Assembly: GCA_015061665.1 (NCBI GenBank)
Contig: SUWC01000006.1
Coordinates: 13,137 to 77,136, forward strand
Reading direction: 5' to 3'
Source of the DNA: Lentisphaerota bacterium
GTDB taxonomy: Bacteria; Verrucomicrobiota; Kiritimatiellia; RFP12; UBA1067
DNA length: 64,000 bases
Both the position numbers and the translations under genes were made by a program. The first letter of the stretch is position 1. Each line of letters begins with the position of its first letter. Below, piece by piece: positions 44,826 through 59,022 of the stretch. Under the pieces are notes generated by a model. It did no database searches and was not told where the DNA came from. It saw only the letters and a program-made list of their open reading frames with translations.

Positions 44826-46148
44826 TCAGACGACCTGTTCGCCCAGAGCATCGGCAGGAGGCGTGTCGAACACAGGGATGTCCGCGTACGGATCGGGTGA
44901 ATTGTCCGACGGGAGGGACTTCATGTAGGCGTCCATCGCCTCTGCGACCTTCTTTGCGCTAGCGACCGCCTCCACGACGGTGCGCGCACCTGCGACTGCA
45001 TCGCCGCCCGCGAACACGCCAGGGCGCGTCGTAGCTCCATTTTCATCGACGGATAGGAGCCCCTTGGCGCTGCGTGTCATTGCGCAGGAGCCATCAGAGC
45101 CCGTGTCGACCTCGTAGGAGCTTCCCTGGGAGACGGAGACTATCACGCCGGTGTGCGGGTAGAGCTTCTCGGTTCCCGGGATTGTCGACCACTTGCCGTC
45201 GTCGCCAAGTCTGTTATCAATGCAGATGATGCCGTTGTGCCTGATCTCGACGGGCTGGAGTCCCCAGCGGAAGCCGACTCCTTCGAGCTTCGCGTAGCTC
45301 ATCTCGTACGCGCTGGCAGTGGCGTCCTTCTCGGTGCGGCGCCCGTAGCAGGTGACGTGCCTTGCGCCATTGCGGATTGCCGTGCGCGCGCAGTCCATCG
45401 CCGAGTTGCCAACGCCTATGACGGCAATGTCGTTGCCAAGGCTCTTGAAGCCCGTCGGGTTGGCGAGGTAGTCGATTCCGAACGCGACGTTTCCGAGGGT
45501 TTCGCCCTTGATGTTCATCGCGTTCGCCTTCCAGAGGCCCGCGCCGATGAAAACGGACTTGTATCCGTCCCGGAAAAGGTCGTCGATTGTGATCGTCTTC
45601 CCGATCGTTGTGTTCGTCCTGACCTTTATGTCCTTGAGCTGCAGGTGGCGGTACTGGAAGTCGTCGAGCACGGCGTCCGGCAGGCGGAAGTTGGGTATGC
45701 CGTAACGCATCATTCCGCCGATCCTGTCGCGTGCCTCGAAGATCGTGACGTCATATCCCCAGCGTGCGAGCAGGACTGCGATGGTGAGCCCTGCGGGGCC
45801 GGAACCCACGACGGCGGCCTTCATTCCATTTGGCTTTGCGGGCCCCTTGACCATTTTGTTGGCAAACGTCGTCGAGATGTAGCTCTCAATCACGCTGAAG
45901 TGGACGGGCGAGCCATTGATGCCGCGCACGCAGTGCCCCTCGCACTGTTTCCCGTGGTTGCAGACGAGCGCGCAGACAGTTGTGAGGGGGTTGTTTTCGA
46001 AAAGCTTCCATCCAGCGGCGTCAAGGTCGCCTGCCTTGAGAAGTTTGATGACGTTCGGGATGTCAGTCTTTATCGGACATCCCTCCTGGCACCTCGGCCG
46101 GGGGCATCCAAGGCACATCTTTGCTTCATCCATTACATGTAGTGCCAT
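44826..46148 (-). CDS. GltD/NfnB/SudA-family NAD(P)H-dependent Fe-S flavoprotein oxidoreductase
   Basis: N-terminal Cys clusters CLGCPRPRCQEGCP and CALVCNHGKQCEGHC, FAD fold VVGSGPAGLT, RYGIPNFRLP, second Rossmann VIGVGNSAMDCA, GVFAGGD. Confidence 0.75.
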   Translation of the reverse strand: MALHVMDEAKMCLGCPRPRCQEGCPIKTDIPNVIKLLKAGDLDAAGWKLFENNPLTTVCALVCNHGKQCEGHCVRGINGSPVHFSVIESYISTTFANKMVKGPAKPNGMKAAVVGSGPAGLTIAVLLARWGYDVTIFEARDRIGGMMRYGIPNFRLPDAVLDDFQYRHLQLKDIKVRTNTTIGKTITIDDLFRDGYKSVFIGAGLWKANAMNIKGETLGNVAFGIDYLANPTGFKSLGNDIAVIGVGNSAMDCARTAIRNGARHVTCYGRRTEKDATASAYEMSYAKLEGVGFRWGLQPVEIRHNGIICIDNRLGDDGKWSTIPGTEKLYPHTGVIVSVSQGSSYEVDTGSDGSCAMTRSAKGLLSVDENGATTRPGVFAGGDAVAGARTVVEAVASAKKVAEAMDAYMKSLPSDNSPDPYADIPVFDTPPADALGEQVV

Positions 46149-46214
46149 ATTGTCTCCTTTAATCCTCTTTTTTCCACAAGGTATCTTTAAATCGCATCAT
46201 TGGCGAGAAGGGGG

Positions 46215-47042
46215 CTAAGCTAACTGAAGAAGATGCTTGGCGTTGGCGGAGAAAACGCATTCCAAGTCTTCGGTTGGGCGAATAGACTCCACCCACGCAG
46301 CGGAGCGCACCGGACTAGTCCACGGGAAGTCGGTTCCGAAAAGCAGCTGTTCCCTAGGCCATTCGCGGAGGACCCGCTGTTGCTCTGGTTTGCCGTGGTC
46401 GCGCTCCAAGGCACTCGTATCGGCGTAGCATCCTAGGTCGATCAGCTCGTCGGTTGCGTGTGGCTCGTACCCAGCGCATCCGCCTAGGTGAGCGGCAATG
46501 AACTTAAGACCCTTGACGTTTTTAAGGAGCGTGGCGACTTCCTTTGGGCCGCATGCGTCAAATCTGTCGGGATAGCCGATGTCGAAGCCACAGTGACACT
46601 GGACGACAAGCCCGAGGTCGGCGATTTTCCGGAACATTGGCCAGACGGACGGATCGTCAAGCGAGAAATTCTGGTAGTAGGGATGGAACTTGATTCCCTT
46701 GATTCCATGGGATGAAATTTCGTCCAAATGAGCGTCGAGTTTCGGGTCCAGAGGATGCGCGGACGCGAACGGCACAATCATTCGAGGACTGCGCTCGTCA
46801 AGCGAACCGTCCATAAGAGCCAACGCATTCTGAAGGATGACTTCGTGGTGGCTTGGCTTCGTGGCGATTGGCAGCATGAACGAAACATCTATTCCGTCGC
46901 GCTGCATCGTGTCTAGGAGATTCTTTAGCGTACCGTCGCCATTGGGCTCAATGATTCCCTTGACGGATGACGTCATCATGGCCATGGCGCGAAAAGCCAC
47001 GGAATCGGGTATAAAACAGTGAGCGTGAACGTCAATCTTCAT
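46215..47042 (-). CDS. amidohydrolase-family (TIM-barrel metal-dependent hydrolase) protein
   Basis: MKIDVHAHCF (HxH motif at the N-terminus), GIKFHP, HCG, FGTDFPW. Confidence 0.6.
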   Translation of the reverse strand: MKIDVHAHCFIPDSVAFRAMAMMTSSVKGIIEPNGDGTLKNLLDTMQRDGIDVSFMLPIATKPSHHEVILQNALALMDGSLDERSPRMIVPFASAHPLDPKLDAHLDEISSHGIKGIKFHPYYQNFSLDDPSVWPMFRKIADLGLVVQCHCGFDIGYPDRFDACGPKEVATLLKNVKGLKFIAAHLGGCAGYEPHATDELIDLGCYADTSALERDHGKPEQQRVLREWPREQLLFGTDFPWTSPVRSAAWVESIRPTEDLECVFSANAKHLLQLA

Positions 47043-47084
47043 AACTAGTCTGTAATCCCTAAAATGCGCATAATGGGCGTTATG

Positions 47085-48356
47085 TCAACTAGATTTAAGG
47101 GCGGCCATTCTCTTGGCTATCGTCGCCTCATAGCCCTGCTCTGTCGGACGATAATAGTTCTTCGGAACGTTCATGTAGACTTGCTCCACGAAATGGTTTG
47201 CAAACGAATGCGGATACTTGTATTCCGTAACCCGCTCGGACCCAATCGCCTTGACGTGCTTGTTCTTCAGGTGCTCGGGAATCGGCTGGATGGCACCCGA
47301 TTCGACGTCGGCCATAGCTTCGCTTATGGCCATGCAGCTTGCGTTGGACTTTGGAGCCGTCGCAAGGTAGGTAGTTGCCTGGGCGAGGTTGATTGCGCAT
47401 TCGGGCATGCCTACAAACTCGCACGCCTGCATCGCAGCGACTGCGACTGAGATCCCGCGCGGGTCTGCGTTGCCTATGTCCTCGCTTGCGCTGATGACAA
47501 GGCGGCGGGCGATGAAACGGGGATCCTCGCCGGCAGTCAGCATCTTGCCGAGCCAGTAGATCGCGGCATCTGGATCACTCCCGCGGATCGACTTGATGAA
47601 TGCAGAGATGGTGTCGTAGTGTCCGTCTTCCTTCTTGTCGTATCTCACCTGGCGTCGCTGCACGCATTCCTGGATTACGTCCAAGGTCAGATGGATCTTT
47701 CCGTCCTCGCTGTAAGGCGTCGAACGCATTGCGATTTCCAATGCGGTCAGCGCGTGGCGCGCATCGCCGTCGCAGATCGTCGAAAGGAACTCCTTGGCGT
47801 CGTCGTCGAAAACCGTCGGCATCTTTCCGAAGCCTCGGACAGAGTCGCCTAGCGCCCTTTCCAGCAGCTTAGCGATGTCTGGCGGCGAAATCGGATGAAG
47901 TTCAAATACCAGCGAACGCGATGTCAGCGGCGTGTTGATGAAGAAGTTCGGATTGTGCGTCGTCGCGCCGATTAGAACAACCGTGCCGTCCTCGACATAC
48001 GGCAGAAGGACATCCTGCTGGCTTTTGTTGAAGCGATGGATTTCGTCGATAAAGAGGATCGTGCCCTTTCCGCCAAGCTCGTTACGCGCACGATCGCAAA
48101 TCTTGCGGATATCGGCGACGCCTGAAACAACTCCCGAGAGGCGTGTGAAATTTCTCTTTGTCGACTGCGCGATGACTTCGGCCAGCGTCGTCTTGCCGCA
48201 ACCGGGCGGACCGTAGAAAATGACGTTGGTCAGCCGGTCCGCCTCGATTACCCTTCTCAGCAGCTTGCCCTCGCCGAGTATATGCGACTGCCCGACGACC
48301 TCTTCGATCGTCTGCGGCCTCATGCGGGCGGCAAGCGGAGAAGAGTCGTCCGTCAT
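47085..48356 (-). CDS. rarA: replication-associated recombination protein A (AAA+ ATPase)
   Basis: MRPQTIEEVVGQSHILG, GPPGCGKTTLA, LFIDEIHRFNK, GATTHNP, and a MgsA C-terminal region YDTISAFIKSIRGSDPDAA. Confidence 0.9.
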   Translation of the reverse strand: MTDDSSPLAARMRPQTIEEVVGQSHILGEGKLLRRVIEADRLTNVIFYGPPGCGKTTLAEVIAQSTKRNFTRLSGVVSGVADIRKICDRARNELGGKGTILFIDEIHRFNKSQQDVLLPYVEDGTVVLIGATTHNPNFFINTPLTSRSLVFELHPISPPDIAKLLERALGDSVRGFGKMPTVFDDDAKEFLSTICDGDARHALTALEIAMRSTPYSEDGKIHLTLDVIQECVQRRQVRYDKKEDGHYDTISAFIKSIRGSDPDAAIYWLGKMLTAGEDPRFIARRLVISASEDIGNADPRGISVAVAAMQACEFVGMPECAINLAQATTYLATAPKSNASCMAISEAMADVESGAIQPIPEHLKNKHVKAIGSERVTEYKYPHSFANHFVEQVYMNVPKNYYRPTEQGYEATIAKRMAALKSS

Positions 48357-49462
48357 TGTTCAGTGTAGACGTACCAGTTCAGAATGAACCTGCCAATTGC
48401 CTTGCGCAGCGCGTAGATTCGATTTAGCTGGGTCGCAGGAGCCGCGTACACAAGGACGGTCTGGGTCTTTTCGGAGAGATCGCCGATCTTGGCTGCCGCT
48501 TCTGCGTCGGACTTGAACGGATGCTCTACGATTGTAAGCTTCGGGTCAAGCGTGCCCTCTCCGCTCCAGTCCTCAAGGATTTCCGTTACTACGCACGATC
48601 CATCCGCCTTCATGTGCACTTCGGGCGGCTGGCACAGACGTTGCGTACGGTCGCGCCAGCTTTCCTTCGGCAGATATGCCTGGAAAAACAGTTCGCCTTC
48701 CTTGTAGCCGTTCATCTTGACCTTGCGCGAGTCCAGAACTGACAGAGCATTGGCCGCGGTGATGGCCTCGGAAAGAGCAAGCTCTCCTGAGAACGTCGGG
48801 GTTACGTCGAGTTCGGGCCCTTCCTCGGCGGTCTTTTTGAGCGCGGCAAAGGCCTCGGGGAGTTTGCCAGGTTCGAAGACGGGGGTGACTGGCTTGTTAA
48901 GCGACTTGCCCTTCCATTTAAACGTAAACGCGCGGCGCTCGCCCTTGGTGAACTCCGCTGCCGGCCGGAAGCGTCCGTACGTTGCCGACTGGTCGAGCGC
49001 ATCGTCGAACTGCATCAGCGACTGTGGCATGCTGTAAAGCGCAAAGACGGCGAGCGGCATGTTGGTTGACGCATCGGGGATCCCGCTCGCATCGCGTTTC
49101 CCGCCAGTGTACGAAATGGGAACGAGCGGTTCGCCGAACGTCTCTTTGATCAGCGTGTCAAACGCTGGCGTCATCTCAAGTTCGTCGCCGACAGGCCACA
49201 GGCGCGCCGACGCCGCGTCTATGGGCTTGCCCGTCGGGATTCCGGCCTTTTCGAACGCCTTGGCGATTTCTCCGACATCGGCGTCTGTCAGAAAGAGCGT
49301 TTCGTAGTCGTGGTCGGAATCCTTGCCGGCGAAGAGGAACTCGATCTGCGCGCTCGTCGGCATTCCGACGGCCGTCGCAGTAAACGTGACCGAATGCTCT
49401 TCGGCGTTGTAGGAAACGGGGGAGGTTGCGGCGAGCGCAGCAGCAATGAAAAGCGATGTCAT
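48353..49462 (-). CDS. hypothetical secreted protein
   Basis: 369-aa ORF with a signal-like N-terminus MTSLFIAAALAA. Translationally coupled (ATGA overlaps) to both the aminotransferase and rarA. No motif recognised. Confidence 0.6.
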   Translation of the reverse strand: MTSLFIAAALAATSPVSYNAEEHSVTFTATAVGMPTSAQIEFLFAGKDSDHDYETLFLTDADVGEIAKAFEKAGIPTGKPIDAASARLWPVGDELEMTPAFDTLIKETFGEPLVPISYTGGKRDASGIPDASTNMPLAVFALYSMPQSLMQFDDALDQSATYGRFRPAAEFTKGERRAFTFKWKGKSLNKPVTPVFEPGKLPEAFAALKKTAEEGPELDVTPTFSGELALSEAITAANALSVLDSRKVKMNGYKEGELFFQAYLPKESWRDRTQRLCQPPEVHMKADGSCVVTEILEDWSGEGTLDPKLTIVEHPFKSDAEAAAKIGDLSEKTQTVLVYAAPATQLNRIYALRKAIGRFILNWYVYTEQ

Positions 49463-50664
49463 TTGAATTTCTCCATTGCGCGTTTGAATCCAGCTGCGCT
49501 GCGTGCGATTATCTTCTCGTCGACGCTGCAGCTGAGGCGGACATATCCTGCGAAGCCGAATCCCTTGCCGGTGACGACGAGTATCTTTTCCGCCAAAAGC
49601 GCATCAACGAACTTAAGGTCGTCTGCAACAGGGCTCTTGGCGAAGAAGTAGAAAGCGCCCTTCGGCATCTCGAACTCGATACCGGCGTCGGAAAGCACCT
49701 TTGCCATGAGCTTGCGGCGACGGTCGTAGATTTCGAGGTCAACGGTTTGGTCAAGAAGCGCAGCCGCGAGACGCTGCCCGATGACAGGCGAATTGACGTA
49801 GCCGAGCGTCCTGTTGGTAAGGGTTACGGCCGCAACGAGCTGCGGCTGTCCAGGCATCTGCGGGTTCGCGAGCAGGTATCCCACGCGCTCTCCGGCAAGC
49901 GAGAGCGTCTTGGAAAAGCTTCCGAGGACGACAGCCCACTTCGTTAGCGGAAGAACGGCCGGGACCTTTGCGCCGTCATAGGCAAACGCGCGGTAAGGTT
50001 CGTCGGAGAGGAGAAAGAGCGGCCTTGCGCCGGGGATTGACTCGCGTTCCGCGTTTACCTTGTCGACAAGCGCGGCAATCGCCTTCATGTCCTCCAGCGA
50101 ATATATCGCGCCAGTCGGATTGTTCGGTGAATTGACGATGATGGCGCGGGTCTTCGGCGTTATCGCCTTCTCGATTCCGGCCACGTCGGGACGGAACGTC
50201 GGAGGAAGCGAAGGAACCGCCTTGAGAACGCCGCCGAAGTGTCCGCAGTAGGCGCCGTATTCAACGAAGTACGGCGCAGGAGTGATGACCTCATCCCCCT
50301 TCTCGATGACCGCGCGGAAGAAGGAGACGAGCGCTCCTGCGGCGCCGACGGTCATTACGACGTCCTTGGACGCGACGGGCGTTTCCTGCTGCGTGGAAAG
50401 ATAGCTCGCCATCGCATCGCGGACGGCTGGAATGCCGGCGTTGGGACAATACCCCAGGCCCAGTGGACGCACCGCGCTTTCGGCTATAGAGGCAAGCACC
50501 TCGCGCGTCTTTGCCGGCGGCGGCACGTCAGGGTTGCCGAGCGAAAAATCGCACACCGCGTCCTCGCCGAACTCACGCTTGAGCTCGAGGCCCTTTTCAA
50601 ACATCTTGCGAATCCAGGAGCTGGAGCTCATGGAACTTTCAATTTCAGGTGTAACCGTTGTCAT
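49459..50664 (-). CDS. class I/II pyridoxal-phosphate-dependent aminotransferase (AspC/AlaA-like)
   Basis: NSPNNPTG, SFSKTLSLAGERVGY (PLP lysine), FGFAGYVRLS. Confidence 0.85.
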   Translation of the reverse strand: MTTVTPEIESSMSSSSWIRKMFEKGLELKREFGEDAVCDFSLGNPDVPPPAKTREVLASIAESAVRPLGLGYCPNAGIPAVRDAMASYLSTQQETPVASKDVVMTVGAAGALVSFFRAVIEKGDEVITPAPYFVEYGAYCGHFGGVLKAVPSLPPTFRPDVAGIEKAITPKTRAIIVNSPNNPTGAIYSLEDMKAIAALVDKVNAERESIPGARPLFLLSDEPYRAFAYDGAKVPAVLPLTKWAVVLGSFSKTLSLAGERVGYLLANPQMPGQPQLVAAVTLTNRTLGYVNSPVIGQRLAAALLDQTVDLEIYDRRRKLMAKVLSDAGIEFEMPKGAFYFFAKSPVADDLKFVDALLAEKILVVTGKGFGFAGYVRLSCSVDEKIIARSAAGFKRAMEKFK

Positions 50665-50675
50665 AGCTGCCTATT

Positions 50676-50688
50676 ATTATACCACAAA
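50676..50688 (-). promoter_or_regulatory. extended -10 promoter motif TTTGTGGTATAAT (minus strand), 11 nt from ATG 50664
   Basis: Reverse complement of attataccacaaa. Confidence 0.6.
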
Positions 50689-50717
50689 TGGCGCGGATAA
50701 TGGGTGCGCTGCCTTCG

Positions 50718-50957
50718 TCAGATGATCGCCAAAAGCGCTGCGAGAAGAATTATGAGGAAAGCGGCAAAGCGGCGAAGTCCGCTGACGGGCTTTCCGTCGT
50801 CTTGCGCGGCTGGCGCGCCTGCGTCCCTGCGGAGCATCCGCGCCAGCCCGCGGACGGCCAGCGGAAGCCGTCCCTTCGGAGTGACAAGAACAGCCGCCCA
50901 GACTACTAGTCCGATGACGGCTGCGACCCTTGCTATTTGAATCAAGGCACTGAACAT
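50718..50957 (-). CDS. possible small membrane protein (79 aa, two hydrophobic segments)
   Basis: ORF in the same orientation directly after the GH51 gene. Hydrophobic N- and C-terminal segments. Competing plus-strand ORFs have Arg/Ser-rich shadow composition. Confidence 0.35.
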   Translation of the reverse strand: MFSALIQIARVAAVIGLVVWAAVLVTPKGRLPLAVRGLARMLRRDAGAPAAQDDGKPVSGLRRFAAFLIILLAALLAII

Positions 50958-50983
50958 CGTCAGCTACTTGTCAGCTTTGGCCA

Positions 50984-52891
50984 TTACTTCATCTCTACGA
51001 CTACAAGGCTGCAAGCCGGGAGCGCAACGGATCCTTCGAGTACGGATTCCGCCACGACAGGCTTCACAACCTCAGCGCCGCGCGCGTTGACGTCAAGCTT
51101 CGCGCCGGACAGCGTCGTTACCTTCGCTGCGCCGCGGAGGTCAATCTTCACATCACGAACTTCCTCGGATGTGTTGACGAGCTTGACGATGCGCTTGCCG
51201 CCTCTGACGCCTGCCGAGGCATAGACGTCTGATGCACCTTCAACCTTCACGGGGAGGGTGCGGTCGGGTCGGTTAAGCGAGAACAGCTGCTGGACGTAGT
51301 AGTTCGGCGTTGCCCAGCTCTCGGTTCCGTTGAACCAGATCAGGTCGGGCGTCCACTGGGCATGTCCCTCGCGAGCAAAAAGCGGGGCGTAGCTGGCCAT
51401 CTTGACGACGTCGCAGTTGCGCTCGAAGCCTGTCATTGCGACAGCCTCGCAGATTGCGCTCCAAAGGGAATTGGGCTTGCGCTTGTTGACATGGTGATGG
51501 CAGGCGTACTCGCCGGCATATACCGGCGGCCTCTTGCGGTCGTAACCGTCGTAGCGCGTTGCGGCGCGCAGGAACCATTCCGGATCGCGATAGTAGTGTT
51601 CATCGACGAAATCGGCCGTTTCCGCTGTAATGCGGCCCCACGCGTAGCGGTAATGTCCGTCATCTGGACCAGGGCCCGACGAACCGATTATCTTTATCTC
51701 AGGGTGCTTTTCACGAAGCGCCTTGGCGATTGGCTCGCAGCGGTCGAAGAACGGGGCATCCCAGTTCTCGTTGCCGACTCCGACCATCTTGAGGTTGAAT
51801 GGAGCAGGATGCCCCATCTCGGCGCGGACGCGGCCCCACTTTGTGTCTACACCACCATTGGCAAATTCGATTAGGTCGAAGATGCACTGCGTGAAGAAGT
51901 CTATGTCCCTCACGTCGCACATGAGCGCAGGCTTCTGGAACTGGCAGGTAAGCCCGGCCAGACAGATCGGAAGCGGTTCGGCGCCAAGCTCCTCGCAAAG
52001 GAGGAAATACTCGTAGAAGCCGACGTCAAACGTCTCCCAATAGGGTCTGTAGCCCTCGTGGTGGGTCCAGCGGTTGAGAATGCACTCGCGGCGCTCGCGC
52101 GGTCCAACCGTCCTGCGCCAGTCGTACCAGTGCTGGAAGTCGCCTTCTTCGACGATGCATCCTCCTGGGAAGCGCACAAAAGTGGGCTTGAGTCCAGCAA
52201 GCATGTCGACGAGGTCCTTGCGAAGTCCGGCACGCACGAGATTCTTTCCCGTAGGCTTGAGGCTCACGTTGTCGAACTCAAACGTACGGCGTCCGGAGAC
52301 GAGGATGGAGAAAGTCACGCGATCCTTGTCGCTCTCAACTACGACTTTTCCGAAGGGCATGTCGATCGACAAGCCTTTCTCGTCGCCAGTGAACGACGTT
52401 TCGAAGCGGGACCACTTGCCAAGCTCGAAGTCTATTCCCGTCCTGGAAATCTCGCGCCAGTCGAATACGAGCCTGTACGGTTCGCCCTTCTTGATCCACA
52501 TTCCGTCCAGGCCGCGGTTGCGCACTCCTGCCAGACCATGCCCGAACGCCTCGATGCGGAGGTGCTTTGCGGTGTTGGGATGGACGGGCGCGCCGTACTG
52601 GAACGAGAGACGCGCCATACCCCCTTCACGGTAGTCCGGCTCCCATCCGTCTTCGGTGCAGTTCCACTTCTCGTGGTCAGCCTGCTGCCAGTCAAATCCG
52701 CCGTTGGCGAGCATTTCGACGCTTAGGCCGCCATCTGCGGCCCAGTTGATGTCTTCGAAGAATATGCCCCAAAGTCCCTTTGGCACATCGTGTCCGTCGG
52801 CTTCGTTGCCGAACGTGACGACTGCGGGATCGGCGGCGGACGCCGCTGCTGCGAATGACAGGGCCGAAACAAGTGTTATCACATTTCTCAT
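50984..52891 (-). CDS. alpha-L-arabinofuranosidase (GH51-like), secreted
   Basis: Signal peptide, WGIFFEDINWAADGGL, FPGGC, VGVGNENW (GH51 acid/base region). Confidence 0.8.
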   Translation of the reverse strand: MRNVITLVSALSFAAAASAADPAVVTFGNEADGHDVPKGLWGIFFEDINWAADGGLSVEMLANGGFDWQQADHEKWNCTEDGWEPDYREGGMARLSFQYGAPVHPNTAKHLRIEAFGHGLAGVRNRGLDGMWIKKGEPYRLVFDWREISRTGIDFELGKWSRFETSFTGDEKGLSIDMPFGKVVVESDKDRVTFSILVSGRRTFEFDNVSLKPTGKNLVRAGLRKDLVDMLAGLKPTFVRFPGGCIVEEGDFQHWYDWRRTVGPRERRECILNRWTHHEGYRPYWETFDVGFYEYFLLCEELGAEPLPICLAGLTCQFQKPALMCDVRDIDFFTQCIFDLIEFANGGVDTKWGRVRAEMGHPAPFNLKMVGVGNENWDAPFFDRCEPIAKALREKHPEIKIIGSSGPGPDDGHYRYAWGRITAETADFVDEHYYRDPEWFLRAATRYDGYDRKRPPVYAGEYACHHHVNKRKPNSLWSAICEAVAMTGFERNCDVVKMASYAPLFAREGHAQWTPDLIWFNGTESWATPNYYVQQLFSLNRPDRTLPVKVEGASDVYASAGVRGGKRIVKLVNTSEEVRDVKIDLRGAAKVTTLSGAKLDVNARGAEVVKPVVAESVLEGSVALPACSLVVVEMK

Positions 52892-52918
52892 TTATTGTGT
52901 TCCAATTAGATTGTGCTA

Positions 52919-57369
<4,451 letters not shown>

Positions 57370-57419
57370 CGCTGTCCCCGTTCGCTAAGCTGCCGACGAC
57401 ATTGCGTGTTATGTCGAAA

Positions 57420-57429
57420 GATGATAAAT
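57420..57429 (+). promoter_or_regulatory. weak promoter-motif match GATGATAAAT
   Basis: Degenerate version of TTTGATATAAT, 17 nt before ATG 57447. AAAGGAG SD follows. Confidence 0.25.
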
Positions 57430-57446
57430 ATTAAGAAAGGAGAATA

Positions 57447-59021
57447 ATGAAAAAACTAATATCTGCGATACTCGTTGTCGCCGTCTTCACGGTTATCGCC
57501 GCAGACAAGACTAAGGTCGCGTGCGTAGGCGATTCAATTACGTTCGGCCTAGGCCTTCCCGACCGGCCGAATGAATCTTATCCCGCGCAGCTCCAGAAGA
57601 TGCTCGACGAGGCGGAGCCAGGCAAGTACGAGGTTCGCAACTTCGGCAACTCCGGACGCGGCATCTACCTCGACTCGATGCGCGGCAGCGAGAAGCGCGG
57701 CTTCCGCTACATGCCCGAACACAAGGCGGCCCTAGAATGGAAGCCCGACGTCGTCATCTGCAACCTCGGCATCAACGACAACGGCGAATACATCAAGGAA
57801 TACACCGGCGGACGGAAACGCGGACAGTTTGAAGGCGACTACCTCGCGCTTCTCGAGGATTACCGCAAGGCGAATCCAAAGGCGAAATTCGCCATTTGGA
57901 CGAAGCTCTCGCCGCTCGCGGAAGGACAGAAATTCTACCGCAGCCCCGAGCCGTTCTTGATGCAGGCCGACCTTGAGGCGGTTGCCAAGAAGATGAACGC
58001 AACGGGCATCGACATGCAGGACCCTCTTCGCGAGAAGATGGACGAAATATTCGCCCGCGACAAGATCCACCCCAACGCCGAAGGGGCGCGCATCATCGCA
58101 GAGACGACGTTCAAGGCGCTGACGAAGGGCCCTGAAGCCAAGACGGTAAATCGGCTAGAGACGAAAATGCAGGGCGAGACGTGGCTCTGCGCCGGCCAGT
58201 CGAATATGCAAAAAGGCTGGGGGGAGTTCAATGCTTCGCCTGCAGAAAAGGAGAGGGTCGAAAACGAGCTGAAGCGGCTCGACAAGGTTGATGTCCGGTT
58301 CTGGGACTTCAACACTGGCGAGTGGAGAAAGCTTACGCGTGCCAACGCCCTCCGGAAGAGTGCGTTCGGCGTCTCCTTCGCGATCCGTCGCGCCGAGGCG
58401 ATCAAGGGCCAGGTTCGCATGCTCTACGTCGCTGCGGGCGGCGCGCCCACTGAATCGTTCCTCTCCGAGCAGACGATGTGCGCCATGGGCAAGGACGGCA
58501 AGCCACTTTATCCGCATCTCGCCGCGATCGCGACGAACCGCCACCGCCTCGACCAGAACAGGGACTTCCCGTGCGCGTGGGTCGCGCGCGAGTATCCACG
58601 CCGCCGCGCAAACAAGGAAGAAGCCTATTGGTGGCCCGTGTCGAAGATGTATGACGAAGGTGTCAAGCGCATAAAGGAAAGCGAAGTAAATATCGACGGG
58701 ATCCTATGGTATCAGGGCGAGTCGAACGCGACGACATGCGTCGCGCCTGATACGCCGACCGACCGCGACTACCAGCTCGAGACGCTGCGCGCCCTCGTCT
58801 CGGAGCTGCGCGGCGACAAGAAGATTCCTTTCATCATGATGGGACTTCCGAGAATGAACCGTCCGTGGGAGCAGTACCGCGACGTGCAGCACGAGGTCTG
58901 CGACGAGACTGGCGCGATCTTCGTAGACACGTTCGCGGCGGGGCTCGGCGAGATGCACGACGTCCATCCGCGCGACAAGACAGTGTTCGCGGACCTTGCT
59001 GCCAAGGCGGCCGCGAAGTAA
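57447..59021 (+). CDS. two-domain carbohydrate esterase: SGNH/GDSL hydrolase + sialate-O-acetylesterase-like (SASA) domain
   Basis: N-terminal VACVGDSITFG, GINDN and DKIHPN (SGNH blocks). C-terminal WLCAGQSNMQ and ILWYQGESN (SASA/DUF303-type). Confidence 0.7.
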   Translation: MKKLISAILVVAVFTVIAADKTKVACVGDSITFGLGLPDRPNESYPAQLQKMLDEAEPGKYEVRNFGNSGRGIYLDSMRGSEKRGFRYMPEHKAALEWKPDVVICNLGINDNGEYIKEYTGGRKRGQFEGDYLALLEDYRKANPKAKFAIWTKLSPLAEGQKFYRSPEPFLMQADLEAVAKKMNATGIDMQDPLREKMDEIFARDKIHPNAEGARIIAETTFKALTKGPEAKTVNRLETKMQGETWLCAGQSNMQKGWGEFNASPAEKERVENELKRLDKVDVRFWDFNTGEWRKLTRANALRKSAFGVSFAIRRAEAIKGQVRMLYVAAGGAPTESFLSEQTMCAMGKDGKPLYPHLAAIATNRHRLDQNRDFPCAWVAREYPRRRANKEEAYWWPVSKMYDEGVKRIKESEVNIDGILWYQGESNATTCVAPDTPTDRDYQLETLRALVSELRGDKKIPFIMMGLPRMNRPWEQYRDVQHEVCDETGAIFVDTFAAGLGEMHDVHPRDKTVFADLAAKAAAK

Positions 59022-59022
59022 C

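Noticed and set aside
50688-50940. Plus-strand ORFs of 73 and 78 aa between the aminotransferase and GH51 genes
   Set aside because: The Arg/Ser/Ala-rich translations look like shadows of the minus-strand 79-aa hydrophobic ORF (50718-50957). That ORF is itself only a low-confidence call.
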